A stretch of DNA of 64,000 nt from positions 2,195 to 66,194 of the forward strand of contig JBGQKT010000001.1 of assembly GCA_041499635.1 (NCBI GenBank), read 5' to 3'. Below the pieces are notes generated by a model. It was not told the DNA's origin and searched no databases. It saw nothing but the letters and a program-made list of their open reading frames with translations. The position numbers and the translations under genes are program-made. Source of the stretch: Gemmatimonadaceae bacterium. Its GTDB lineage: Bacteria > Gemmatimonadota > Gemmatimonadetes > Gemmatimonadales > Gemmatimonadaceae. Numbering within the stretch: position 1 is the first letter of the stretch; each line of letters starts with the position of its first letter. This document shows positions 28,649 through 37,886 of the stretch, in pieces.

Positions 28649-30040
28649 TCAGTGCACCAGAAGACGTGCGTTTATAGACTGAAAATCAGCTTCACTGGCA
28701 GGTGTCAGGCGCCAACGCCCAGTCCCGGATTCATCGTAGAAAAGAAACCGCAGTCGATATTGAGCATACTCCCAGAACTGCACTCGACTCCTCTGCGTCA
28801 CCGAGGTGCTACTGAGCGGGACATTGGTGTTTTGCTCATATATCTGGTCTGGCTCCCCGAGTGACACGTATACCTTGCCTCGATCCGACAGCCAGCCAGA
28901 CCGACCACTTGACTCTTCCCGAAACCGTATGTTGGCTTGGAGTATTCGCGTGAAGTACGCTTGCAATCCTTCGTGCTCAGGAGTCCCAGGAACGGGATCT
29001 GTTGAACGCAGAAAATCTGCCCAGACTGTTCCGCGACGTTCAGGCGGAGCATCGCGAAGAGCCCGTATTCGATCAGGTGCAGCGTAGTACCTTAACTCAG
29101 CAAGCATTTCATCAAAGGACAAGAGAGGAATGTCGTTGCCGAAGCTGACAAATACCGGAGCCCTCACCGTGTCAGTGGCATCACCCCGCGTGAAGGTGAT
29201 ATTCGCGATCCCAATGCCAACCCTCGAGATCGGAACTTTCAACGATCCGCTCAATAAATTACCCTGACGCTGCAGCAGTACAGTGTCCCGCCACAGAACG
29301 GCACCACGATCATTCTGCACCACGAAGCCAACTGGAAGTCGCGACTGCATTCCATATCCTTCCAGGTAGACAGTGACTGTGCTGTCTTGCCCAAATACTG
29401 CACTCGATCTCGGGCTCGCGAGAATGCGTGGTAATGAATCCAACATTATCCGCTGAGATGCTTCGTAGACGATTACAGGAGTTGACAGCAATCCATTCTT
29501 CAACGCCGGAACGGTGATTTGTCCCTCCTGCGAAGTGCTACGAGCGCTTCCAGCGTCACGCACTTGAAATGAGATCGTGTAGTTCCCAGGACTGACCTTG
29601 AAGTAATGCTGAAAGATTACGCTTTCATCTGTACGATTGATTTCCTTGAAAGTAGGGACTCTGACAATCTCCATGCTGTTTACTGCTGCCACCTGATTCC
29701 CGGACTGAGAAAGGATCAGGTGAACTTCATAAGGCGCTCTATAGGAATCTCCCTCTCGGACGAAGCTGAGTGAACGATTCGGTATCGATACGCTGGCAAG
29801 GATCAGTGTCGCGTCGATCGACGGCGTGGCGAAGTATGCGATCTTCCCGACAAACGAGAGAGGACTGCCAGTGGCGATGAGTCCCATCTGGTGATACACG
29901 GCAGTCGGATCCTGCGGGGCCTGGCTTTCAACAGATGATCTTGCCGCAACAATTTGCTGGCCACCTTGCGGATGTGCACACGCATTCAGAAGAATCACAA
30001 TACCAAGGAGGACAGGACATGCGAGTGTCGTTGTCTGCAT
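28649..30040 (-). CDS. GWxTD-domain lipoprotein
   Basis: LLNAC lipobox; C-terminal RI..AN..F...GWLSDRGKVYVSLGEPD motif. Confidence 0.88.
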   Translation of the reverse strand: MQTTTLACPVLLGIVILLNACAHPQGGQQIVAARSSVESQAPQDPTAVYHQMGLIATGSPLSFVGKIAYFATPSIDATLILASVSIPNRSLSFVREGDSYRAPYEVHLILSQSGNQVAAVNSMEIVRVPTFKEINRTDESVIFQHYFKVSPGNYTISFQVRDAGSARSTSQEGQITVPALKNGLLSTPVIVYEASQRIMLDSLPRILASPRSSAVFGQDSTVTVYLEGYGMQSRLPVGFVVQNDRGAVLWRDTVLLQRQGNLLSGSLKVPISRVGIGIANITFTRGDATDTVRAPVFVSFGNDIPLLSFDEMLAELRYYAAPDRIRALRDAPPERRGTVWADFLRSTDPVPGTPEHEGLQAYFTRILQANIRFREESSGRSGWLSDRGKVYVSLGEPDQIYEQNTNVPLSSTSVTQRSRVQFWEYAQYRLRFLFYDESGTGRWRLTPASEADFQSINARLLVH

Positions 30041-30090
30041 TCGTCTATGTACCCTATCCGGCTTAGTCAGTTTCTATTACCTTCGGCCGC

Positions 30091-31029
30091 GTGTCTGAAC
30101 AGAGCTTGCTCGGCTCAAAGATAGCCGGGTACACCATCGAGAGTGAGGTTGGCGAAGGGGGAACCTCGGCAGTCTATAGGGCCACACACCAAACCCACGG
30201 GACGGTGGCTCTAAAGGTACTCCGGGAAAAACTTCGCCTCGATCGAACTGCAGTCGCGCGTTTTGTACGAGAGGCTCAGTATGGTGCCCGTGTCCAACAC
30301 CCTAACGTTGTCCGCACCATCGAGATCGGCGAGTCAGAGCGTGGGCTTCATTTCCTTGCCATAGAATGGGCAAGCGGTCAGCTCCTCGAGCGGTACGCGC
30401 GACAGCATGCACCATTACCGCCAGAAGAAGTCTCTACAATAATCACTCAGATTGGGGCGGCGGTACACGCTGCACATCAAGCAAACATTGTCCATCGAGA
30501 CCTGAAGCCTGAAAATGTCATGTACGATCCGGAAACACATCAGGTTAAGCTGCTTGATTTCGGAATCGCGACAGACACTCAGACAGGAGCAGACGAACGG
30601 CTCACCAGAGCAGGCTTCTTTGTTGGATCATTGATGTACGTAGCCCCAGAAGCTCTCTCTGGAGAACTTGTCACTCCCGCTGCCGACCAATACAGTCTTG
30701 CAACCATTGCTTACTATCTGCTGACACGATGTCTTCCCTATACAGCCAAAGCACCACGGGAGATGTTCACGCAGTTGCTTACCCTTCCACCAATTCCACT
30801 CAATTCAGCAAAGGAGAGACTCAGATTCAATAGTACGCTGGAGTCAGTTGTGATGCGAGCGTTGTCGAAACAACCAGCAAGCCGATTTCCCGATGTCATG
30901 GCATTTACAAAATCTTTCCAGGATGCAGTAACGGGAACTACAGCGGCACCTGCTGCAGCTGGAGAGCCCGAGAGTAATACCAGCGGGATCTTATCCCGGG
31001 TTCGAGGCATACTGCGGCGAAACAACTAG
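30091..31029 (+). CDS. Hanks-type Ser/Thr protein kinase, soluble
   Basis: GEGGTSAV, VALK, HPNVV, HRDLKPEN, DFG, YVAPE; no TM or sensor domain. Confidence 0.95.
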   Translation: MSEQSLLGSKIAGYTIESEVGEGGTSAVYRATHQTHGTVALKVLREKLRLDRTAVARFVREAQYGARVQHPNVVRTIEIGESERGLHFLAIEWASGQLLERYARQHAPLPPEEVSTIITQIGAAVHAAHQANIVHRDLKPENVMYDPETHQVKLLDFGIATDTQTGADERLTRAGFFVGSLMYVAPEALSGELVTPAADQYSLATIAYYLLTRCLPYTAKAPREMFTQLLTLPPIPLNSAKERLRFNSTLESVVMRALSKQPASRFPDVMAFTKSFQDAVTGTTAAPAAAGEPESNTSGILSRVRGILRRNN

Positions 31030-31929
31030 GTCGTATTCCTGAATTGGAAGCCACAGAGAGAACGTAGAGCCTCGCCCAAGATCGCTTACAAGCGAAATAT
31101 CACCACCGAGCAAACGAGCAAGGCGCCGGGAAATTGCGAGACCTAATCCCGTACCACGATTCGGCGAATCTGCACGTGGGCCCGCTCCAACTTGCTCAAA
31201 CTCTTCGAAAATTCTTTCCTGATCAGTAACTGCAATGCCAATTCCCGGATCCGTAACCTGTACTGACAGCCACATCTCTTCAGCCTGATCCACGCCTGAC
31301 AAGTTATTTGGCATGCCTAGTGTCAGAGCATCCGAGCGCGGCACCATGCGTGTTCGAACAACAATCGTGCCCTTGTGCGTGTACTTCACGGCGTTTCCAA
31401 TCAAATTGACTAAAATTTGACGAAGGTGAGTTGGGTCAGTCCGAATCTTCGGCAGGGCAGCTCCCATAGTCAGAGAGAGCGTAAGATTCTTTTCATTCAA
31501 AAGCGATTCAACTTCACTGGCGACATCCAGAATAAATGGCCGAATGTCCAGAACCTCGGTATGAACATCCAATCGGCCCGCAGCTATCTTAGCAAGATCC
31601 AAGATTTGATCAACAAGGTGCCGAAGGTGATTCGCTGAAGCTTCGATCCGCTCCACTGGTTTCACCTGACGAGGAGCGAGCTCGCCATACACGCCCTCAC
31701 GAAGCAAGTCGACAAACCCAACAATCGCATTGAGCGGTGTCCGTAACTCATGCGAAACGTTGGCAAGAAATTCATTTTTCATGCGGCTCGCTCTAAGCAG
31801 CTCGGCCGATAATCGCTCGAGTTCTTTTGATCGTTCTACAAGCTTTTGAGCTTGTTTGCGTTCGTGCTGCAGGAGAAGCCCTAGGGCAGCAAAAACCAAA
31901 ATCGCTAAGATTGAGGCTAGCGGCGTCAT
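30991..31929 (-). CDS. Sensor histidine kinase (one TM, HisKA, HATPase)
   Basis: FLANVSHELRTPL H-box, NLIGNAVKY N-box, DPGIG, FEEFEQV, GTGLGLAI. Confidence 0.95.
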   Translation of the reverse strand: MTPLASILAILVFAALGLLLQHERKQAQKLVERSKELERLSAELLRASRMKNEFLANVSHELRTPLNAIVGFVDLLREGVYGELAPRQVKPVERIEASANHLRHLVDQILDLAKIAAGRLDVHTEVLDIRPFILDVASEVESLLNEKNLTLSLTMGAALPKIRTDPTHLRQILVNLIGNAVKYTHKGTIVVRTRMVPRSDALTLGMPNNLSGVDQAEEMWLSVQVTDPGIGIAVTDQERIFEEFEQVGAGPRADSPNRGTGLGLAISRRLARLLGGDISLVSDLGRGSTFSLWLPIQEYDLVVSPQYASNPG

Positions 31930-31997
31930 TGATAGGAGTGGGACAATTACCCCTGACGAGTCAAGCTCGATGATATCTGCAGAGGCTGACAGATGCT

Positions 31998-32585
31998 ATG
32001 ACTGATTACCAATCTCTTGTACAGCTTCTCGCTCAAAAATCAGTCAGACGCGGGCGATTTACGCTTGCTTCAGGAAAGATGTCAGACATTTACATCGATG
32101 TTCGGATGACATCAATGAGTCCAGAGGGATTATCCCAGATTGGACCACTGGCTCTTCAGGCAATCAGATCCACAGGATGGTCAGTCGATTCCATCGGAGG
32201 AATGACGCTTGGAGCAGACCCCATAGCATATGCAATTAGCTACGCGAGTAGCCTTAACACTCCTGCTCTTCGTGCATTTACCGTAAGAAAAGACACCAAA
32301 CTTCACGGAACTGGAAAGCTCATCGAAGGGCCGTTCCGTCAAGGAGACAATGTTGTCATCGTTGAAGATGTCATAACAACGGGTGCTTCAGCTCTTCAGG
32401 CAATCGAAACAGTGACAAATGCCGGCGGCTATGTCCAAGGAGTGCTGGCCTTGGTAGATCGCAAGGATGGCGGACGAGAAACCATAGAACACAAAGGCTA
32501 CACTGTGATCTCGCTTATTCCAGTTGATGAGATCATCGCTGCATTGACTGCCGTAACCGCAACTCGAGCTTCTGCTGCCGAGTAA
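31998..32585 (+). CDS. pyrE: Orotate phosphoribosyltransferase
   Basis: FTLASGKMS, GGMTLGADP, VRKDTKLHG, VIVEDVITTGAS, VDR. Confidence 0.96.
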   Translation: MTDYQSLVQLLAQKSVRRGRFTLASGKMSDIYIDVRMTSMSPEGLSQIGPLALQAIRSTGWSVDSIGGMTLGADPIAYAISYASSLNTPALRAFTVRKDTKLHGTGKLIEGPFRQGDNVVIVEDVITTGASALQAIETVTNAGGYVQGVLALVDRKDGGRETIEHKGYTVISLIPVDEIIAALTAVTATRASAAE

Positions 32586-33444
32586 CCCACCCGGGATAGG
32601 TTACAGCAGGACGAAACGACCGTAGAGTATGAACGTACGGAAGAATTAGTTGCTCTCGAAAGTAGAGTAACATACCAGCCCCGTCATAAACTTCTCGAAA
32701 TTGGACTGGGGACATTTTCATCATTGTTCGAATGTGCCGCCCAAAGCTTTGAGGTGATGAGTAGTCCAGATAATTCGCTACGCTTGCAACCGAAAGACCT
32801 GGATTCTCAAACAACCTTGCCGCCCTAATCAACCGAGCTAGAGCAAGATACCGTTTGGGTGGGGGCAGCTGAGCCCGAAAGAAGCGGCTCATCAAGGTGC
32901 TCGGCAGAATACATAGCTGCCTCGAAAGCTGACGAACGGTGTGTACCTGTGGAGTCTGGCCAAAGAGAACTTCAAAGAATCGCCAGCAGTCGTTTGGCGC
33001 ACCGGTGAGATCACCGCTCAGATGTCCCAAGGCTGTACGCTGTAGATCGTTCGATCTCTCGGCCGTAAGAATGTCTCGAAGCGTTTGCCAACCTGATGGT
33101 TGCCGTGCATCGATAAGTATGCGAACGCCCAATTGACCAAGCGCCAATACCGATTGTGGCGTTGTATACTGTACTTCAGTAAGAAGTGCCATTGCAGGAA
33201 CTCGTGGGAATTCACGGACCATGGCTGCCATGCGAGCGCTGCTGTGAAGGCCATATCGCGCTATAGATACGAGTACAGCGCCAGCTCTACGCTCACGAAG
33301 ATCTGCAATAACTTCATCAAGAGATTCTCGGTGAAGAGCAGAGTAAAGTCCCTGAGCAGCAGCGTCGACACGTACGCGCTCGTTCGGAGTAAGAATTGTA
33401 GAGACTGGCATTGGAGGAAGGCCCCGCTTACGGAAAGCTGCCAT
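32533..33444 (-). CDS. AraC-family transcriptional regulator
   Basis: C-terminal double HTH: R..RAARLF..PGLSVASVANYLDYSSPQSFGR; ATG 33444 has a GGAG SD and an upstream TATACT. Confidence 0.85.
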   Translation of the reverse strand: MAAFRKRGLPPMPVSTILTPNERVRVDAAAQGLYSALHRESLDEVIADLRERRAGAVLVSIARYGLHSSARMAAMVREFPRVPAMALLTEVQYTTPQSVLALGQLGVRILIDARQPSGWQTLRDILTAERSNDLQRTALGHLSGDLTGAPNDCWRFFEVLFGQTPQVHTVRQLSRQLCILPSTLMSRFFRAQLPPPKRYLALARLIRAARLFENPGLSVASVANYLDYSSPQSFGRHIRTMMKMSPVQFREVYDGAGMLLYFREQLILPYVHTLRSFRPAVTYPGWVTRQQKLELRLRQSMQR

Positions 33445-33571
33445 TATAGGCTCCAGAGGTAGACGCCAGCCAGTATAAGACACACGCGTCAGCAGAGCGT
33501 CAGCGCCAAGGGATATACATTCAACGATTTCAGCAAAAGCGTCAGTCCGATGTATATATTTCGATTAGAAC

Positions 33572-33953
33572 TGCAATCAGCTGGATGGTCGCGCTTTGGT
33601 ATCTTAAGGATACTAAATCGAGGAAAGTCCGGGCTCCATGAGCAAGCTGCCAGGTAACGCCTGGGCGTTGTGGCTAATTAGTCACAGCGACGGAAAGTGC
33701 CACAGAAAACAGACCGCCATGATCTTCATGGTAAGGGTGAAACGGTGGGGTAAGAGCCCACCGCGGTTATGGTGACATAACCGGCACGGCAAACCCCAGT
33801 TGGAGCAAGGCCAAGCAGGCGGCGAGAGAAGCTCAACTCGAAAAAGACGTCGCGGGTAGGCTGCTAGAGGTTGCGAGCAATCGTAGCCCGAGAGAAATGA
33901 CCGTCACGACGGTTTACACCGTTGGACAGAACCCGGCTTACAGGCTGAGCGCA
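33572..33953 (+). ncRNA. rnpB: RNase P RNA, bacterial type A
   Basis: Universal GAGGAAAGTCC (about 33619) and ACAGAACCCGGCTTA (about 33926) P4 strands; GAAAGTGCCACAGAAA, GGGTGAAACGG, GCAAACCCC..GAGCAAG; P1 pairing TGC..TCAGCT/GGCTGA..GCA. Confidence 0.97.
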
Positions 33954-33998
33954 TTCAATGAACGGTCTCTTGCAAAACTTCGCAGGAGGCCGTTTATC

Positions 33999-34898
33999 AT
34001 GCAGATCTCATCACCGATACAAATGCTCCTCACACGAACCACACTGCTCGCCACTTCAGTTGCAATTGCCGGATGCAAATCTGCAACAGTACCAAGTTCG
34101 GTTTTACAGCCGGTAGCTACAGCCATCAGCAATGACACAGCAACTAAATCAACTGGCCTGTGGGTTTTAACACCAAATCGCCAACCGCATACATATCACT
34201 CGGTAAGCCAGACTACAGTCAAGGAACTTTCTAGTTCAACCAACCGACAAAATACAATCGAGACCGGCACGACTTTTACCATTTCGCTCGATCAATCAAG
34301 GACACCATTAATCATCTCAGGATATATAGACACGGTAAGATTCCGCCAGCAGAATCAGGCTCTGTCCGAGAATGACTCGTTTGCTCTACCCTTACTTTTT
34401 GAGGGACAGCTAACCTCCACAACACTAATAATCAGCGTAAAGAACTCTCAAGTCACAGATGGAGCGTGTAGTCCATCTATAAGTTCTATTCTTGGCGATT
34501 TGCGCGCTGTAATAACCGCTTACCCATTACGGTTAACTCCGGGATTTATATGGAGAAATTCAACAGTAGCTACGACATGCACTACAGGTGGAATTCTAAC
34601 AACAAGAAAAACCGTTCAGTCATTTAGGGTGATTGGGGAAAGAACTTTCAACACAATAAGAGCTCTCCTTCTACAACGGGTGGACTCGACTTACATCGTT
34701 GGGGATGGAGCCCAAGGCAACCATCAAATCCATCTAGAGGGGATTGGTAATGGTACAGCTAATATCTACATCAACCCAACTGTAGGGGTCACATTAGGAG
34801 TAGAGCTTTCTGAAAAATTAGAAATTACCATCATCAACTCCGGAAAGGCACGACACTTCATCCAGGAAGTAACCCAGAGAGTAGAGGCAAAAAATTAG
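33999..34898 (+). CDS. Hypothetical lipoprotein (Thr/Ser-rich)
   Basis: AGGAGG SD before ATG 33999 and IAGC lipobox; the ORF-track start (33897) lies inside rnpB and is rejected. Confidence 0.75.
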   Translation: MQISSPIQMLLTRTTLLATSVAIAGCKSATVPSSVLQPVATAISNDTATKSTGLWVLTPNRQPHTYHSVSQTTVKELSSSTNRQNTIETGTTFTISLDQSRTPLIISGYIDTVRFRQQNQALSENDSFALPLLFEGQLTSTTLIISVKNSQVTDGACSPSISSILGDLRAVITAYPLRLTPGFIWRNSTVATTCTTGGILTTRKTVQSFRVIGERTFNTIRALLLQRVDSTYIVGDGAQGNHQIHLEGIGNGTANIYINPTVGVTLGVELSEKLEITIINSGKARHFIQEVTQRVEAKN

Positions 34899-36007
34899 TC
34901 AACAAGGCGGAGTGGCATTACCAAGCATAAATACTCAGCCGAATCAGACCAATTTTCAGGCTCGAGAGTAGCGGCTCTTTCGGGAGCCTTGAAGGTCATC
35001 TTCACTTCATCTGTCGGTATGTATCTGAGGATCTCGAGTAGATAGCTGGCATTGAAGCCAATATCGAGCTGGTCACCTGTATAGCGAATTGGTAATTCAT
35101 CCTGAGCTTCACCTAAATCAGGCGTCTGAACGCTGAATTTAAGCATACCTGTATTGAACGAAAGCCGAATCCGATGAGTTTGATCCGATGCAATCACTGA
35201 CATTCGCTTCAAAGCACTTATCAAAGCAGCCTTATCTGCAACAGCTACTCGATCATTATCCCGCGGAATTACCAACTCATAATTTGGATAAGGCCCTTCA
35301 ATAAGCCGAGTAAAGACAGACGTAAAGGGTGACCGAAAACCGATGTGATTCTCCCCACGAGCAATTTCAAGTTCCTCCTCAGCTGGAAAAAGCTTTCGTA
35401 CCTGCTCCAAAGCTTTCGACGGGACTATTAAATCCTGGGAAGAACCAAGCTTAGATCCTACCGGAATACTCATCTTCGCTAAGCGATGACCGTTCGTTGC
35501 TACCATGGACATTTTGTCTGCTCTCAGCTCCCACAAAACTCCATTTAATATCGGACGACTCTCTTCTGTAGAAACAGCAAATGAGGTGTGTGCAATTAAC
35601 TTCTGCAAATCACTTGATTTAACTTGCCAGCTGTCACTAAAAGATACGTTTGGAAATGTCGGAAACTCATCACGAGGAAGTCCAAGAAGTTTAAACCGAG
35701 AACGTCCACATTCAAGCGTTATTCGTTGCTCACCAATAGCACCAATTTTTACAGGTGATGGTGGTAACTCACGAGCAATCTCAGCCAACTTCTTTGCTGG
35801 AATTGTTACAGCTCCTGCCATTTCAACATCAGCTTGAACCTCAGTACTAACAGCAATGTCCAAATCTGTTCCTGATAATCGAACCCCCCGCTCAATTGTT
35901 TCAACTAAAATATTTGCTAAGACAGGTAAAGTAGTCTTCGTAGGAATACTAGCACTTACTGTACTTAAACCCTCCTGAAGCTTTTCTCGAGATATCGTTA
36001 GACGCAT
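34895..36007 (-). CDS. dnaN: DNA polymerase III beta sliding clamp
   Basis: TTLPVLANIL, GTDLD, SRPILNGV, VATNGHRLA, RLIEGPYPNY, IGFNASYL, LVMPLRL. Confidence 0.98.
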   Translation of the reverse strand: MRLTISREKLQEGLSTVSASIPTKTTLPVLANILVETIERGVRLSGTDLDIAVSTEVQADVEMAGAVTIPAKKLAEIARELPPSPVKIGAIGEQRITLECGRSRFKLLGLPRDEFPTFPNVSFSDSWQVKSSDLQKLIAHTSFAVSTEESRPILNGVLWELRADKMSMVATNGHRLAKMSIPVGSKLGSSQDLIVPSKALEQVRKLFPAEEELEIARGENHIGFRSPFTSVFTRLIEGPYPNYELVIPRDNDRVAVADKAALISALKRMSVIASDQTHRIRLSFNTGMLKFSVQTPDLGEAQDELPIRYTGDQLDIGFNASYLLEILRYIPTDEVKMTFKAPERAATLEPENWSDSAEYLCLVMPLRLVD

Positions 36008-36196
36008 TTGATCGAAGGAAGAGTATCGAGGGAAGTGCTTGGAGTACTTTCTTCTTCTTTCTTTGTTAAAGAGAGAATTGCTAGTAGTAGTAGTAGGCAA
36101 TGTGAAATACGTGTAGAACGTAGTAAAGTATTCGTTTACCTCACGTTGTGCTATTAGATGTCTTGTAGATTAACTGTAGCTGGATGTTGATTTCTA
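36008..36196. other. Chromosomal replication origin (oriC) unwinding region
   Basis: AT-rich dnaA-dnaN spacer with (TAG)5 DnaA-trios at 36082-36096 next to degenerate DnaA boxes at 36101-36118; strand bias flips here. Confidence 0.8.
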
Positions 36197-37576
36197 TTAG
36201 CGAAGTGCTTCAAGTCGGTCTCTTATTTTGAAAATGCGTTGTTTTAATATCGGGTTACTACTTATTTCGGTTCTAGTTTTATCAATACTGTGAATAACTG
36301 TTGAATGATCTCGTCCTCCGAATGCGTTTCCAATCTCAATTAATTGAGTTCCTAGAAGATCTCGTGCTAGGAACATTGCAATTTGTCTTGGAATGGTAAG
36401 CAATTTGGTTCGCGTCTTGGAGCGAAGTCCTTCTGGTGTTACACCCCATTCCTGAGCTACGTGGTCTTGAATTGTTAAGATAGTTAATCCTGGTTGGGCA
36501 TTTACATGTTGTCCATTTGTTGGTTTTAGCTTGTCTCTCAGAGCATCTCGAGCAAGATCGATTGAAATGTCACGATGTTTTAGAGAGGCAAACGCTAAGA
36601 GCTTTATGATTGATCCTTCAAGTTCTCGTATGTTGGACCTAACATTCTCTGCGATGAGGCGAATTACCTCTTCTGGTATTGAATGTTCGAGATGATCGAT
36701 TGCTGCTTTTTGACGAAGAATAGCAACTCGGTGCTCAAAATCTGGCAGTTCTATATCAGCCACCATCCCCCACTGAAAGCGGCTTACTAAACGTCCTTCG
36801 AGGCCTGGAATTTCTGAAGGAGGTCGATCGCTTGTGAGCACTATTTGTCGTCCTGCTTCGTATAGTGCATTAAATGTGTGGAAAAACTCCTGCTGAGTTG
36901 CTTCTTTGCCCTTAAGGAAGTGAACGTCGTCAATTAGCAGTAGATCGGTTTCTCGAAATTGCCGGCGAAAGTTTGGTGTAGTGTGATTCTGTATGGAAGT
37001 TATCAGTTCGTTTGTGAACTGCTCTGTACCAATAAATGTGATACGGATATCAGGATGGAGGGCGATTATCTCATGTGCAATAGCCTGCATAAGGTGAGTT
37101 TTTCCCAGTCCTGTGTCGCCGTAGATAAAAAGTGGATTGTATACCTTACCAAGAGCCTGTGTTACTGCATGTGCTGCAGCAGCTGCAAGCTCGTTTGACT
37201 TTCCGATTACGAATTGATCGAAGGTATAACGTGGGCTAAGTGGTGCTTGGAGTGCAGACGTCTGGGTTCTAGCTGCGGCTGAAGGAGGAGCTACGAAAAA
37301 ATCCATCTGGGATCGCTTTTTTCGTTCCTCATTTACCTTAAAAATGACCTGGATCGGATGACCAAGAGCTATTGGCCCGTAGGATGTGAATAAGTCTGCA
37401 TGTTTTGATTCGTTCCAGTCTGCTGCAAATTGGTCTGGAACGCCTACGGATATAATATTTCCGTCGATACTGAGTGCTTCGGTTGGCTCAAGCCATGTGC
37501 GGAAAGTTTGCTCGGGGATATCTTGGCGAGCTCTGTCCAGCAGCCTTTTCCAAATTTCCGAAGCGGTAAGTGACAT
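36197..37576 (-). CDS. dnaA: Chromosomal replication initiator
   Basis: YTFDQFVIGKSN, YNPLFIYGDTGLGKTHL, LLIDDVHF, QQEFFHTFN, NIRELEG, IGNAFGGRDHSTVIHS. Confidence 0.99.
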   Translation of the reverse strand: MSLTASEIWKRLLDRARQDIPEQTFRTWLEPTEALSIDGNIISVGVPDQFAADWNESKHADLFTSYGPIALGHPIQVIFKVNEERKKRSQMDFFVAPPSAAARTQTSALQAPLSPRYTFDQFVIGKSNELAAAAAHAVTQALGKVYNPLFIYGDTGLGKTHLMQAIAHEIIALHPDIRITFIGTEQFTNELITSIQNHTTPNFRRQFRETDLLLIDDVHFLKGKEATQQEFFHTFNALYEAGRQIVLTSDRPPSEIPGLEGRLVSRFQWGMVADIELPDFEHRVAILRQKAAIDHLEHSIPEEVIRLIAENVRSNIRELEGSIIKLLAFASLKHRDISIDLARDALRDKLKPTNGQHVNAQPGLTILTIQDHVAQEWGVTPEGLRSKTRTKLLTIPRQIAMFLARDLLGTQLIEIGNAFGGRDHSTVIHSIDKTRTEISSNPILKQRIFKIRDRLEALR

Positions 37577-37585
37577 GGGGAGGCA

Positions 37586-37614
37586 ACCGTAGCGAAAGAT
37601 TGTGGAAAAGTCAA
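37586..37614 (-). promoter_or_regulatory. dnaA promoter with an embedded DnaA box
   Basis: TTGACT (37614-37609), 17 bp, TACGGT (37591-37586); TTTTCCACA at 37609-37601. Confidence 0.75.
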
Positions 37615-37721
37615 TGCACCAACGTGCGAAGTACTTTATGTAGCTTGATGTATGTTATGCTGGCGACTAGTTTTATGTGCTATTCTACCTTGTATATTCG
37701 CGCTGGATTTAGGATAAAGTT

Positions 37722-37886
37722 ATGGGCAAGCCCACATATAGACCTCGTAATAAACGCCGTGTTAGGACTCATGGATTCCGGGAGCGAATGGCAACGCGAT
37801 GGGGGCGTGAAGTATTGAGTCGTCGGCGTAAGAAGGGCCGGAAGCAGCTAGCAATTCGACTGCCGACTAAGTACGCTGGTTCGTAA
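37722..37886 (+). CDS. rpmH: 50S ribosomal protein L34 (54 aa, absent from the ORF track)
   Basis: Hand translation: [54 protein letters not shown]. Confidence 0.97.
   Translation: MGKPTYRPRNKRRVRTHGFRERMATRWGREVLSRRRKKGRKQLAIRLPTKYAGS

Noticed and set aside
33897-33998. N-terminal extension of the lipoprotein ORF given by the ORF track
   Set aside because: It overlaps the 3' end of RNase P RNA; ATG 33999 has a strong AGGAGG SD.
36289-36297. Perfect DnaA boxes inside dnaA (36289-36297 and 36877-36885)
   Set aside because: They coincide with conserved peptide motifs (VIHS, FFHT), so coding constraint explains them; a function is possible but unsupported.
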